The notes under the pieces are model-generated. The model was given only the letters and a program-made list of their open reading frames with translations. It did not search any database and was not told the DNA's origin. A program made the translations under genes and the position numbers. Of a stretch of DNA of 64,000 nucleotides, positions 8,671 to 18,761 are shown piece after piece. The stretch covers positions 32,001 to 96,000 of IMG/VR virus record IMGVR_UViG_2936984999_000001. The stretch is one strand, 5' to 3'. Position 1 is the stretch's first letter, and each line of letters opens with the position of its first letter. The DNA is from a virus. Its lineage: Duplodnaviria; Caudoviricetes.

Positions 8671-10758
8671 GTGGTGATTATCATTAGTGAGTTTGGAATT
8701 AAAATTAAAAATATCAGTGCCGGTACATTATATGATGTTAATTTAGGTACAAGAGATTATTTCTCATATACTGAAGCAATGCTTAATAATAGTTTATTCT
8801 CTGCTTTTCTTATAAAGAATGGTCTTAATGTATATAAAGGTGAATCTACTAGAGATATTATTTGCTTAGACTTTGACTTTGGCACAAGATCTTACGAGGA
8901 TGAGCATAAACGAATTGAGCAGTTGTATAAAAATTCTGATGGCGAATTAAAGGAACGTCTTAAATACACTTTGGAGAAAGTTGAGAATAACAAGGATCTC
9001 TATGATGAGAAAAAGCGTGAGCAAATCAGAGATAAATTCTATAACGAAGGTGTAGATGTTACTTATAAAACTAAGAATAAAGATGGCACTATTAAAAGTG
9101 AAGAAACAATTCACTATGAGATGTTGTTTCGAACCAGTGCTAAAGCAAAGCTTGGACAGGTTATCTTTATAAACTCTGAACTTTATGAAGTGGCTTACGA
9201 ATGGTTAACTATCGGACTTGGAAAACTAATGACAGATGACAATGCAAAAATTGTTGAGATGTCTGCCTATGCTCCACTTACTACATCTACCATCGTTGGA
9301 ACTAAGTATATTCCTGTAGAGGATATTCTCATTCTTAGGGACCAAGATTCATTTTTTAAGACAATGGCTAACATTGTTCGTGCAGAAGATTACATTGATT
9401 CTAAGGGTCGAATTGGTAAGAAATGTGTAGTAGATAAGAAGGTTACTGAAGTCAAGAATACACTTTGGGATGGTATGGGATTGATCGAAGCTGATTATTT
9501 TAAAGATTGCAGAAATGCTTATAATCCGGAATGGACTGTTAAAATCAACGGCATGGCTCTGATGAGACACCATTTATTTAAGATGTGTGGTTTTAAATCT
9601 CATATACAGTTATTTTTTAAAGATTGGTGTGAAAAAACAGGCAATGATTACGAAACATATCAGATTCAAGACATGTTTGGTCATTGGCATTATTTGAAAG
9701 ACATTAAGATTATCACTACTGACAATGCCATTAAATGGAAAAAATTCAAAGATTTGATGGGCGGCTCATTAGAATCTGCGTATGAGTATTGGTGTAAAAA
9801 AGTAAATGAAGATGGCAGCGTGTTCGGTGTCGTAAAAAGTGATCATCCTAGTAAGCTTGGAGAATACCAACAGCTCAGTTATCAGATGGTTAATACCCTC
9901 CCATGCACCAAAGATGATGTAAGGGATATTGCAAGCACCAGTATTGAATATGTGGAGTTACTGAAACAAGATAATGATGAGTTTGAAAAATTCTTAAGAA
10001 AAAATGCTAATGAGGTAAACCACTATGAGATGATGGCTGATTTATATGATCACAACCATGAATTTGGCAACAGTACGTTCTTCAGGCATGAGAAGTCTAA
10101 AATTATTTCCGCATATGTACATAAGCTTAGAAAAGGCAAGATTGTTGTGAACGGAGATAATTTAACTGTTTGTGGTAATCCATACGCTCTTCTACTCTAT
10201 TCTGTTGGTGAGGATTTTACAAAAGATCCTACCCTTCAACCAGAATCTGGAACTATTCAATGTTATACAACAAGATTTAAACATGATGAATTTCTATGTG
10301 CATTTCGCAATCCGCATAATTCCCCAAATAATATTTGTTATTTTCACAATGTTTACAGTGATGAAATGGAAAAATACTTTGAATTTTCTTCAAATATTGC
10401 TGCAGTGAACTGTATTTGTACTGATGTACAACCACGCTTAAATGGTTGCGATTTTGACAGTGACTTCGTTTTAGCCACAAATCAGCCTACTATGGTAAGA
10501 TGTGCAGCTTATTGCTATAAACACTACCCTACTATTGTTAATGATTTAAAAGAAAGTGGCGTGGTTTATAAAAGTAACAAATCAGAATATGCACGTATGG
10601 ATAATACATTTTCTAAATCAAGAATCGGAATTGGATATTCTAGTAATTTGGCACAGCTTGCCATGACTTATTACTGGAGTGAATTACAGGGTGATAGTCC
10701 AGATCCAAAAAGACTTGATGAGCTATCAGATAATTTCGTAATTCTTTCAGTATTGGCT
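8671..10758 (+). CDS. YonO-like single-subunit (two-barrel) RNA polymerase, exon 1
   Basis: Motifs DGMGLI, LSYQMVNTL, RNPHNSP and metal-binding LNGCDFDSD; SPbeta-like gene context; true start may be ATT at 8683. Confidence 0.8.
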
Positions 10759-11029
10759 TGTTATTAAATGGGCCGGTTCGGAGGAAACTTCGTTCAAAAA
10801 ATACTCAGTGAACTGCTGGAAAGCTTTTCATGCTAATCAGCAACCAAGCCGGTGAAAGCCAGTTAAAGTAACCGGAAGGCTCAGAGAACAATCATTGCAG
10901 TATGGCAACTAATAATATGGACACGAGCGCTGAGTGCCCAAACAAAATAAGATGTGGGCAAAGATATGTTCCGACACTCCGGAGAAATTCGGAGCTGCCC
11001 TGGATAAAGAGCCAGGGACATAACAGATG
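10759..11029 (+). mobile_element. Group I intron (271 nt, no ORF) in the RNA polymerase gene
   Basis: Exon ends in U, intron ends in G; P GAACTGCTGGAA, Q AATCAGCAACC, R GCTCAGAGAACA, S AAGATATGTTCC; P3 ACTCAGTG/CGCTGAGT; removal gives in-frame LSVLA|QVIIDSCKR. Confidence 0.88.
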
Positions 11030-11725
11030 CAAGTAATAATCGACAGCTGCAAGAGGCTTTATGAAATTGATGGTGTTAAAGAGATTGATAGAATAAGTAA
11101 ACTTCCATGCATGTCAATGAAAAAAGAAGTAATTGATAAGAATGGGAATAAAAGAATGAAAAAGTGTGACTTCCCTGAATTTATGAAATACACAAGAGAA
11201 ATCGCTGTGACCAAGGATGGCAAAGAGCTTCCACAAGAAGATATTGAGGAATCCAAGAACAAATTAAAAGGACGAATCAATAAAGATCTTGTGTGCCCAA
11301 TGAACTGGTTACAGGAATGGTTAGATAAAATCCAGGGAGCAAGCACTAAGGTTACTACTCCTACTGAGAATTTCTTTATTAAGATGAAAGGTAAGCCTAA
11401 TAATTATCAAATTTCAAATATTATGACGTTAATTGCAGATTATGATTCTTATATAAAAAATTTGCAATTATCTTGTAGTGATACAGAAATATACTATGAT
11501 TTAATTGCTAATAAGTTTCATGAGTTATTAAATGAAATTTCAAAAATGCGAATTAGAAATGTGATTACAATAAATAGACTTATTGAAATAAGCATTGGTA
11601 TAAGTTCTAATAAAGGACTTACAGAGCAGAGGAAAAATAATCCTAGCAAATATGTCAAAAAAACTCTTAATATTTTATACAAATATGATAAAAATAAGTT
11701 TTTAAATAACTTTATTGGGTCTTAA
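11030..11725 (+). CDS. YonO-like RNA polymerase, exon 2
   Basis: In frame after splicing; the apparent ATG at 11027 is the intron 3' end and has no convincing RBS. Confidence 0.8.
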   Translation, partial: QVIIDSCKRLYEIDGVKEIDRISKLPCMSMKKEVIDKNGNKRMKKCDFPEFMKYTREIAVTKDGKELPQEDIEESKNKLKGRINKDLVCPMNWLQEWLDKIQGASTKVTTPTENFFIKMKGKPNNYQISNIMTLIADYDSYIKNLQLSCSDTEIYYDLIANKFHELLNEISKMRIRNVITINRLIEISIGISSNKGLTEQRKNNPSKYVKKTLNILYKYDKNKFLNNFIGS

Positions 11726-12004
11726 GATTGCGAAAAAAAAATTTTTGACCTTTGATAAAGCCAATAAAAATAAGGGTTTTTCAAAGGTGCAACAATTACC
11801 ACGTATAGGGAGAATAACGTGAAAGCACAGAGTTGTGTTAGTAGGCCCTCGCGCTATTGCCGAATGCGCGTTATAAATATGGGTTCGCGAATTAAAATGT
11901 ACAAACAGCTCACAGGGGTGAGGTGAGTGTATGGGTGACCATTCACAAATTGCGACTGCAGCTGGGCTAGGCTACGTAACTGGTCCAGTTGTGGTTTAAA
12001 TTGA

Positions 12005-12078
12005 CGCAGGATAGAGAAGTTTGGTATCTCGTCAGATTCATACTCTGAAGATCGGCAGTTCAAATCTGTCTCCTGCAA
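12005..12078 (+). tRNA. tRNA-Met(CAT), initiator-like
   Basis: Cloverleaf with C1:A72 mismatch, GCAGGA/TCCTGC acceptor, TCAGA-TTCATAC-TCTGA anticodon arm, TTCAAAT T loop; lacks the three G:C pairs of canonical fMet tRNA. Confidence 0.8.
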
Positions 12079-12115
12079 TTACTATCCTCTTCTACGAGGA
12101 AATTTAGAATGAAAG

Positions 12116-12301
12116 GTGTGTATTGTTATTAAAACAATTACAAAGGAGGGTATTCAGACCCTTATTGATAAGAAAATCTTAAAGCCATACTCAGGTGGGT
12201 ACATGAATTTCAGAGGATACCATGTGGGGTATTATAAAACCTGTGGAAACAAGAGGTATATTGAGGATTACTATGCAGATAGAGTGGAGAAATTAAAATA
12301 A
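12116..12301 (+). CDS. Small hypothetical protein
   Basis: ORF following GAAAGGTG RBS; real start may be ATT. Confidence 0.55.
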   Translation: MCIVIKTITKEGIQTLIDKKILKPYSGGYMNFRGYHVGYYKTCGNKRYIEDYYADRVEKLK

Positions 12302-12362
12302 GAAAAATACAACTGAATATATCGCATAAGGCGAAATACTTAAAGAAAGGTGGTTATTTACC

Positions 12363-13580
12363 ATCGAAACAAAAGTAAAATTTTATGATACAAATGCTGT
12401 TTTAGCATTACAAGAAAATGTATTAGATAGCTATTTTTACATTAGCTCTACTACCCTTCAAGAACTAGAGCATATTAAAGTATCAAGAAATAAAGATGAA
12501 GAAACAAAATATAAATCACGAAAGATTTTACATATCTTAGATGAAAATACTGACAAGTACAAAGTTGTTGTAACAGACAATTCTATCCTATCTATTATTG
12601 AATCAAAAGGTCTTGAAAATTCCCCAGATAATCAGATTTGTGCATGTGCTTCTACAATTGAAAATGCTATTTTTGTTACCAATGATCTTGCATGTAAAAC
12701 AATTGCTAAATGGATTTTTGAACTAGATGTTGAAAGTGCGACTGAAAATAATTTTGATTATTATAAAGGATACCAGGAAATAAGTCTGTCAGAAGAAAAG
12801 ATGGCTTATTTTTATGAACATCTTAATGAAAATACATTAAATCTTTTGATAAACGAATATGTACTGCTTAAGGATGAGAATGGAAATGAAGTAGATACAT
12901 TAAAATGGGATGGTGAAACTTATCAGTCAATTAGATGCAAGCCATTTAAATCTAATATGTTTGGGACATTAAAACCATTAGATAATATTCAGGCATTTGC
13001 AATGGATTCAATTAACACTAATGATATTACAGTATTATACGGTAAGGCTGGTTCAGGTAAAACTACTCTTCCGCTTAATTATATTATGCAAGAAATTGAA
13101 AAGGGTAGATTTAAAAAATGCTACATTATCTATTCTTATGAGCCATTAAAAAATGCAAAGACGCTTGGATTTGAAAAAGGTGATCATCTTACAAAGCTTC
13201 TTTATTATGGTTCTATTGGAAATATTCTTGCATCAAAATTTGGTGATATGCAGCAAGTAGAATATATGGTTGAGCGTGGAATGTTAGATATTATTCCAAC
13301 TGCAAATATACGAGGTATAGAACTTGAATCAGATAGTATTTGTCTTGTAACAGAATCACAGAACTTAGATGTTTATACTTTAAAAACAATAATTCAACGT
13401 TGTAAGTCTGGGTGCAAACAGATTTATGAGGGAGATATTATTGAACAGAAAGACACTAATATTCAAAATATCGGAATGAATAGACTTATTGACGTGTTCA
13501 AAGGTAACGAAAGTTTTGGATGTGTCAAATTGAAAAATAACTATAGATCAAAGCTTAGTGAGCTTGCAGATCTTATGTAA
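12363..13580 (+). CDS. phoH: PIN-domain + PhoH ATPase (PhoH2-like), probable ATC start
   Basis: Frame open from 12330; PIN motifs FYDTNAV, LQELE, DNQI, FVTND lie upstream of the tracked ATG; PhoH Walker A GKAGSGKT, IRG, ESQN, EGD..QKD. Confidence 0.85.
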   Translation: METKVKFYDTNAVLALQENVLDSYFYISSTTLQELEHIKVSRNKDEETKYKSRKILHILDENTDKYKVVVTDNSILSIIESKGLENSPDNQICACASTIENAIFVTNDLACKTIAKWIFELDVESATENNFDYYKGYQEISLSEEKMAYFYEHLNENTLNLLINEYVLLKDENGNEVDTLKWDGETYQSIRCKPFKSNMFGTLKPLDNIQAFAMDSINTNDITVLYGKAGSGKTTLPLNYIMQEIEKGRFKKCYIIYSYEPLKNAKTLGFEKGDHLTKLLYYGSIGNILASKFGDMQQVEYMVERGMLDIIPTANIRGIELESDSICLVTESQNLDVYTLKTIIQRCKSGCKQIYEGDIIEQKDTNIQNIGMNRLIDVFKGNESFGCVKLKNNYRSKLSELADLM

Positions 13581-13613
13581 TTAAAAAGACTAAAAGGAAA
13601 GCAGGTAAAACGT

Positions 13614-14234
13614 ATGGATATTTTACCATTATCCCTTGTTGGGACAACAAAAGAAAGTGATGTTCCTACTCCAGAAGAATATACCTACTGGGAGGATCGA
13701 AAAAATAGAACATTCTATATTGATTTTGAAATTGAAGAAGATTATGCATTAATTGAACTTGCAAAAATCATTATTCAGTTAAATATTGCCGAAAAAGATA
13801 TACCAACTTCCGAACTGCAGCCGATTCGCTTATTAATACACTCTTTCGGTGGAGATCTTGAACAGGCAAACTTCTTTGCAGATTTATGTATTGCTTCGCG
13901 CATTCCAATTATTACAGTTGCTATGGGAGTAGCTATGTCAGCAGGATTTATTATTTTTCTGTCCGGACATAAGAGATATGCATTTAAACATACTCAAATG
14001 ATGGTTCATTCTGGAAATGCATCATTTTCCGGTACTGCGGAACAAATTGATTCTGCACAGAAAAATTATAAGAAACAGATTGAGGATATGAAGTCTTATG
14101 TTCTTGAGCGTACATCTATTGATGAGAAAACTTTCAATAAAAATAGATCTAAAGACTGGTATCTCACTGAGGAAGAGCTGAAAAAATATAATGTTGTTGA
14201 TGAAATTATTTCTGATATTTCAGTTATATTTTAA
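13614..14234 (+). CDS. ClpP-like serine protease
   Basis: IHSFGG, AMSAG (catalytic Ser), MMVH (His), KDWYL motifs. Confidence 0.85.
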   Translation: MDILPLSLVGTTKESDVPTPEEYTYWEDRKNRTFYIDFEIEEDYALIELAKIIIQLNIAEKDIPTSELQPIRLLIHSFGGDLEQANFFADLCIASRIPIITVAMGVAMSAGFIIFLSGHKRYAFKHTQMMVHSGNASFSGTAEQIDSAQKNYKKQIEDMKSYVLERTSIDEKTFNKNRSKDWYLTEEELKKYNVVDEIISDISVIF

Positions 14235-14266
14235 AAAAATTTTATGAATAAAAGGAGAAGAAAAAA

Positions 14267-14503
14267 ATGAAGAGTTCACTTTCATTTAAACGTAATACAA
14301 CCGATAAATTATCTATTAAAGGAACACTTTCCGATGATTGTTCCACAATTACATATACAGATGAAAATGGTGACGAAAAAGAAATATTTGTTGTTGATCT
14401 TCTTAACGCCATGAAAAACCAGTATATTGAGATGACTGCTCAGATTAAAACTGAGGAAGAGTTAGATGTAATTCCTGCAGAGGATGCAGATAACGCAGAG
14501 TAG
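14267..14503 (+). CDS. Small acidic protein (YonK-like)
   Basis: Size and position before the phosphoesterase match SPbeta yonK-yonJ order; AAGGAG RBS. Confidence 0.55.
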   Translation: MKSSLSFKRNTTDKLSIKGTLSDDCSTITYTDENGDEKEIFVVDLLNAMKNQYIEMTAQIKTEEELDVIPAEDADNAE

Positions 14504-14513
14504 GTGATCGCCT

Positions 14514-15890
14514 ATGGATTTCGAAAAAAGAATAAGTGATTATGGAATGACACCTGAACAATACGAGGCTTCGTTTGCTGAAATAACTGCAAAAGTACAG
14601 GGAAACTCAGATAAAGATTGGACTGAAATTATTGATCAATATTCTATTCCACTATCTCGCAATACTCTTCGGAACGCTTGTAGCAATGTGTATGGCAGCG
14701 TATTCGTAAAAGAATATTTTGATGAAAAAAGAAGAAAAGAAATGGAAGTAAATAGTGAACCAATTACAGATGAACCGGCTCCTCTCTCACTTCCAAGATA
14801 TAAAGAACAGACAGACGTAAACAAAGATGGCTCTTTTACAAGTGATCGACTTATTGAGATTAATGAGGAAAACTTGAAAAATCCTGAATTTTTACTTAAC
14901 GCGCATGGTTATGACCCACTCGAATGGGAACTTGTCTCTGCAAGAAACTCTATTTGGAATCAGGGTGGAAAATCTGGTGTTAAAAATCTGTATGCAAGCA
15001 AAATCAATGTAAAACCTAGAACTGAAATTTCAATTACACTAAATAAAATAGAAGAATTTTTTAATAGACTTGATAGAAATTATTCTAAACCAAAAATATT
15101 AAAAAATAATTTTTATTTAGATGGTGATAAATTACTACTTGTTGACATTGCAGATCTTCATATGAATTTACAGGCAACATTGTTTTCCACTAATAATGAA
15201 TATAATTGTGAAATTGCAGAAAAATTATTTTTTTATGTTATTGAAGATATTTTATCTCGAACAGAAAAGTATAATTTTAAAGAAATTATTTTCTGTATTG
15301 GCGGAGATATGTTAAATGGAGATAACTTATCAGGTACCACCACTAAAGGAACACCGCAAAATAGTGATATTCATTATTATGATGCGTATGAAAAACTTTG
15401 TTCGATGGTAATAAAAGCAATTGATATATTAAAAGAAAGATGTAAAGTAAGTGTAATTTATGTAATGGGAAATCATGATGAATTAACTGGATTTAAGCTT
15501 GCAAAATATGTAGATGCTTGGTTTAGAGATGACAATAATGTAGAGGTTGATTATCAACCGCTTCCAAGAAAATACAAAGTATTTGGAAAAACATTATTCT
15601 GTTTTGCACACGATGGAGATATTAAAAAACTTCCAATGTTAATTGCAGATGAAGCAAGAGAATTTTGGTCTAAGGTTGATACTACAGAAGTGTTTTTACA
15701 ACATTTGCATACAGAACAAATTTTATTAGAAGATAATAATATAAGAATTCAAAGACTTCCAACTATTAGTGCGAAGTCTAAGTGGTCCAATGATAAAGGT
15801 TACTCTTCTAAGCGTCAATGTAAATCATTTATATTTGATTTTAATAATGGTCTGACTGATATCTTATATACCACAATTAAAAATGTATAA
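14514..15890 (+). CDS. Calcineurin-like metallophosphoesterase (YonJ-like)
   Basis: Motifs ADLH, GGDMLNGD, GNHD, FAHDG, QHLH. Confidence 0.85.
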   Translation: MDFEKRISDYGMTPEQYEASFAEITAKVQGNSDKDWTEIIDQYSIPLSRNTLRNACSNVYGSVFVKEYFDEKRRKEMEVNSEPITDEPAPLSLPRYKEQTDVNKDGSFTSDRLIEINEENLKNPEFLLNAHGYDPLEWELVSARNSIWNQGGKSGVKNLYASKINVKPRTEISITLNKIEEFFNRLDRNYSKPKILKNNFYLDGDKLLLVDIADLHMNLQATLFSTNNEYNCEIAEKLFFYVIEDILSRTEKYNFKEIIFCIGGDMLNGDNLSGTTTKGTPQNSDIHYYDAYEKLCSMVIKAIDILKERCKVSVIYVMGNHDELTGFKLAKYVDAWFRDDNNVEVDYQPLPRKYKVFGKTLFCFAHDGDIKKLPMLIADEAREFWSKVDTTEVFLQHLHTEQILLEDNNIRIQRLPTISAKSKWSNDKGYSSKRQCKSFIFDFNNGLTDILYTTIKNV

Positions 15891-17001
15891 ATTTTATAAA
15901 TATAGAATATATCCAAACAAAATCCAGGAAGAAGTTATTCAAAAAACTTTTGGATGTGTAAGATTTGTTTATAATCAAACTCTGTCTTACAGGAAGGAAA
16001 AATACAATAAAGATAAGGTTTCTGTTGGTAGAATTGATTGTAACAATTGGAAAAATCAATATTTAAAAAAGAAATATCCTTGGTTATCAGAAGTTGATAA
16101 ATTTGCATTAGATAATGCAGTTATAAATATGGATATGGCTTATCAACGATTTTTCAAATTAAATAAAGGTTTTCCTAGATTTAAAACAAAAAAAGATTTT
16201 AGAAAAACATACAAAACTAATTGTAATCATATTAATACACGACCAACAATTAGGCTTGATTTTGAACATAAAAAAATAAAGCTACCAAAGCTTGGATGGG
16301 TAAATGTAAAAAATCATAGAAACTTCTTGGGAATAATAAAATCTGCAGTAGTTTCTCAAAATCCATCTGGAAAATATTTTGTATCAGTTCTTATTGAAAC
16401 AGAACATCATCCATTAGATTCAACTGGATCTGTAATAGGTATTGATTTAGGCATTAAAGATTTACTTATCACTTCTGATGGAGAAAAATTCGAAAATATT
16501 CAAACCACTAAAAAATATGCGGATAAACTTGCTAAAGAACAGCGCAAATTGGCTCATAAAGTAAAAGGAAGTAGTAACTACAATAAACAAAGAATTAAAG
16601 TAGCAAGAATATATGAAAAAATCCATAATACCAGAATTGATAATTTACACAAAATTTCTCATAAATTAATTAGCGAAAACCAAGTAATAGTTTCTGAGGA
16701 TTTAAATGTAAATGATATGGTAAAAAATCATAGTCTTGCAAAATCTATATATGATTGTAGCTGGTATGAATTAACAAGACAGCTTTCTTATAAAGCTAAT
16801 TGGAATAATCGTCAATATGTTAAAGTTGATAGATATTTTCCATCAAGCCAATTGTGTCATGTATGTGGATATCAGAATAGTGATACAAAAGATTTGACCG
16901 TTCGAGATTGGATTTGTCCAAAATGTGACACACATCATGATAGAGATATTAATGCTGCTATTAATATTCGTAATGAAGGACTAAAAATTTTAAATATGTA
17001 A
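15883..17001 (+). CDS. tnpB: RNA-guided endonuclease TnpB (IS200/IS605 OrfB), no tnpA nearby
   Basis: YKYRIYPN, FGCVRFVYN, RuvC GIDLG / SEDL / DRDINAAINI, zinc finger CHVC..CPKC. Confidence 0.95.
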   Translation: MYKFYKYRIYPNKIQEEVIQKTFGCVRFVYNQTLSYRKEKYNKDKVSVGRIDCNNWKNQYLKKKYPWLSEVDKFALDNAVINMDMAYQRFFKLNKGFPRFKTKKDFRKTYKTNCNHINTRPTIRLDFEHKKIKLPKLGWVNVKNHRNFLGIIKSAVVSQNPSGKYFVSVLIETEHHPLDSTGSVIGIDLGIKDLLITSDGEKFENIQTTKKYADKLAKEQRKLAHKVKGSSNYNKQRIKVARIYEKIHNTRIDNLHKISHKLISENQVIVSEDLNVNDMVKNHSLAKSIYDCSWYELTRQLSYKANWNNRQYVKVDRYFPSSQLCHVCGYQNSDTKDLTVRDWICPKCDTHHDRDINAAINIRNEGLKILNM

Positions 17002-17123
17002 ATGAATATTTTAGTACGGTAGGAATTACCGGAATTTACGCCTGTGGAGTTAGTAGGTTACGAGGACGTTGAAACAGGAATTTGTTTTTAAACAATATTT
17101 CACGACAACTGGACACATGAACC
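17002..17123 (+). ncRNA. Putative TnpB omegaRNA (scaffold to TTCAC at 17099-17103, then guide)
   Basis: Typical IS605 right-end sequence ACGGTAGGAATTACCGGAATTTACGCCTGTGGAG...GAAACAGGAA..TTCAC; the 5' boundary probably extends into the tnpB ORF. Confidence 0.7.
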
Positions 17124-17214
17124 CGGATTTGTTGGTGCTGTAAGAAAATGCATTTGTTTCATTTGGGACAAAGAAAAAGGTCTTAAAGGAACTACTAATA
17201 TTGTTATTGACTGA
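17104..17214 (+). pseudogene. Orphan C-terminal fragment of a second metallophosphoesterase allele
   Basis: Translates to DNWTHEPGFVGAVRKCICFIWDKEKGLKGTTNIVID*, which aligns by eye with the resident C-terminus SKWSNDKGYSSKRQCKSFIFDFNNGLTDILYTTI. Confidence 0.75.
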
Positions 17215-17328
17215 TGAAAATCAGTTCGAACATAGACAACTGAATAACATGCCGAGCGTGGCGGACCCACGTATAAATAAAAACAATAAAATTATAAAAA
17301 TTTAAATGATCAAAGGAGTAACAAAATT

Positions 17329-17601
17329 ATGACTAAAACTGAACTTATTAAAGCAACAGCAACTAAAGCAGAGAAGACAATTAAGGAGACTGGTGATATC
17401 GTAGCAGCTCTTCAGGAAGTTATCATGGAGACACTGAAAGCTGGTGAGGATATTAGAGTACCTGGATTTGGAAGCCTTGAGGTTAAGGATGTAGCTGGAA
17501 GAAAAGGCCGCAATCCGCTCACTGGGGAAGACCTGATGATTAAACCTCATAAAACTGTTAAGGCAAAACTGGCAAAAGCTGTAAAGGATGCTGCTAGATA
17601 A
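17329..17601 (+). CDS. hup: HU family DNA-binding protein
   Basis: MTKTELIKA..., GFGSLEV, RKGRNPLTGE. Confidence 0.95.
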   Translation: MTKTELIKATATKAEKTIKETGDIVAALQEVIMETLKAGEDIRVPGFGSLEVKDVAGRKGRNPLTGEDLMIKPHKTVKAKLAKAVKDAAR

Positions 17602-17804
17602 ATAGAATTTTTCATTTTTTGATAAACCACAGGGCTGTAATGGTCCTGTGGATACTATAAAATCGTTATTTTATGTGATGTGATTTGCCGTGAGGCAATT
17701 ACTTTTTTCGCTCATTATTATAAAACTCTCTGAAGAGGTGATGGTTAGTGCTGTCATCTCACATAAGATAACGAAATATTTTGATAAAAGGAAGTGATGA
17801 AGAA

Positions 17805-18761
17805 ATGGCAGTTGAACGAAGTAAACCTATATTATTATATGACGCAAAAAAAGCTAAACAGGTTAATCCGGAAACATTAAGATTGTTTCAAAAATATCAA
17901 ATTGATATGTCAATTAGAGACCTATCAGAAAAGACAATTAGGGGTTATAATTCTGATTTAATGCAGTGGTTCATTTATATGTATAATAACCAATTTAATC
18001 TATCTGTTCTTGAAGCAAAAGAAGAAGATCTTGAAGAATATTATTTCTGGAGAAAACAGCAAGGTAATAATGTTAATCGTCAGAAACGTGTCATGTCTTC
18101 TATTTCCGCTTTCTATAAATTTCTTCGTAAGAAAAAACTCATTACAGAATCCCCAATGGAATTTATTGATAGACCAAAACAAGGACAACCTGTTGTTGTA
18201 CAAACTTATTTAAAAAAGGAAGAAGTGCAATTTATGAGAGAAAAACTTTCTGAATATGGTGATGTTCAGTTACAGGTTTATGCTTTTTTATCTCTCACTA
18301 CAATGGCCAGAGTTAATGCAATTGCTCATTTGAAATGGGATCAAATCAATATGGAAGAACGTATTTGCTCTGATGTGCTTGAAAAAGAAGGTAAAATTGT
18401 AGAGCTTTCATTTAGTGAAGAAACTCGCGATTATATGAATGAATTACGTAAATATAGAGAAGACAATAATATAGATGATTATGGTTGGGTGTTCAAAACG
18501 GCTTATACAAATGAGAAACAATGTGTAAGTAATGATACTCTAAATGAATGGTGTAAAAAAATTGGTAATATGATTGGGCATCCTACATTACATTGTCATG
18601 ATTGGAGACATAGCTATGCTAGTCTGCTTAAGGAAAATGGGGCAAGTTTAGAAGATGTTTCAGAAATGCTTAATCATGCAGGAACTGATGTTACTAAGAA
18701 ATATTACATAAAGGTAGATCATTCTAAGGTTAGAAAAATTAAGGATTCAATCAAAATTTAA
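17805..18761 (+). CDS. Tyrosine recombinase (XerC/D-like)
   Basis: SAM-like N-terminus, catalytic R (TMARVN), HDWRH, LNH and Tyr (KKYY); ATG at 17805 after RBS. Confidence 0.9.
   Translation: MAVERSKPILLYDAKKAKQVNPETLRLFQKYQIDMSIRDLSEKTIRGYNSDLMQWFIYMYNNQFNLSVLEAKEEDLEEYYFWRKQQGNNVNRQKRVMSSISAFYKFLRKKKLITESPMEFIDRPKQGQPVVVQTYLKKEEVQFMREKLSEYGDVQLQVYAFLSLTTMARVNAIAHLKWDQINMEERICSDVLEKEGKIVELSFSEETRDYMNELRKYREDNNIDDYGWVFKTAYTNEKQCVSNDTLNEWCKKIGNMIGHPTLHCHDWRHSYASLLKENGASLEDVSEMLNHAGTDVTKKYYIKVDHSKVRKIKDSIKI

Noticed and set aside
15883-17001. Nuclease-dead TnpB repressor (TldR) or IStron
   Set aside because: All three RuvC acidic residues are present and no group I core flanks the gene
17805-18761. 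Prophage integrase marking an att boundary
   Set aside because: Phage genes continue on both sides and no att duplication or host DNA is visible; more likely a resolvase-type role
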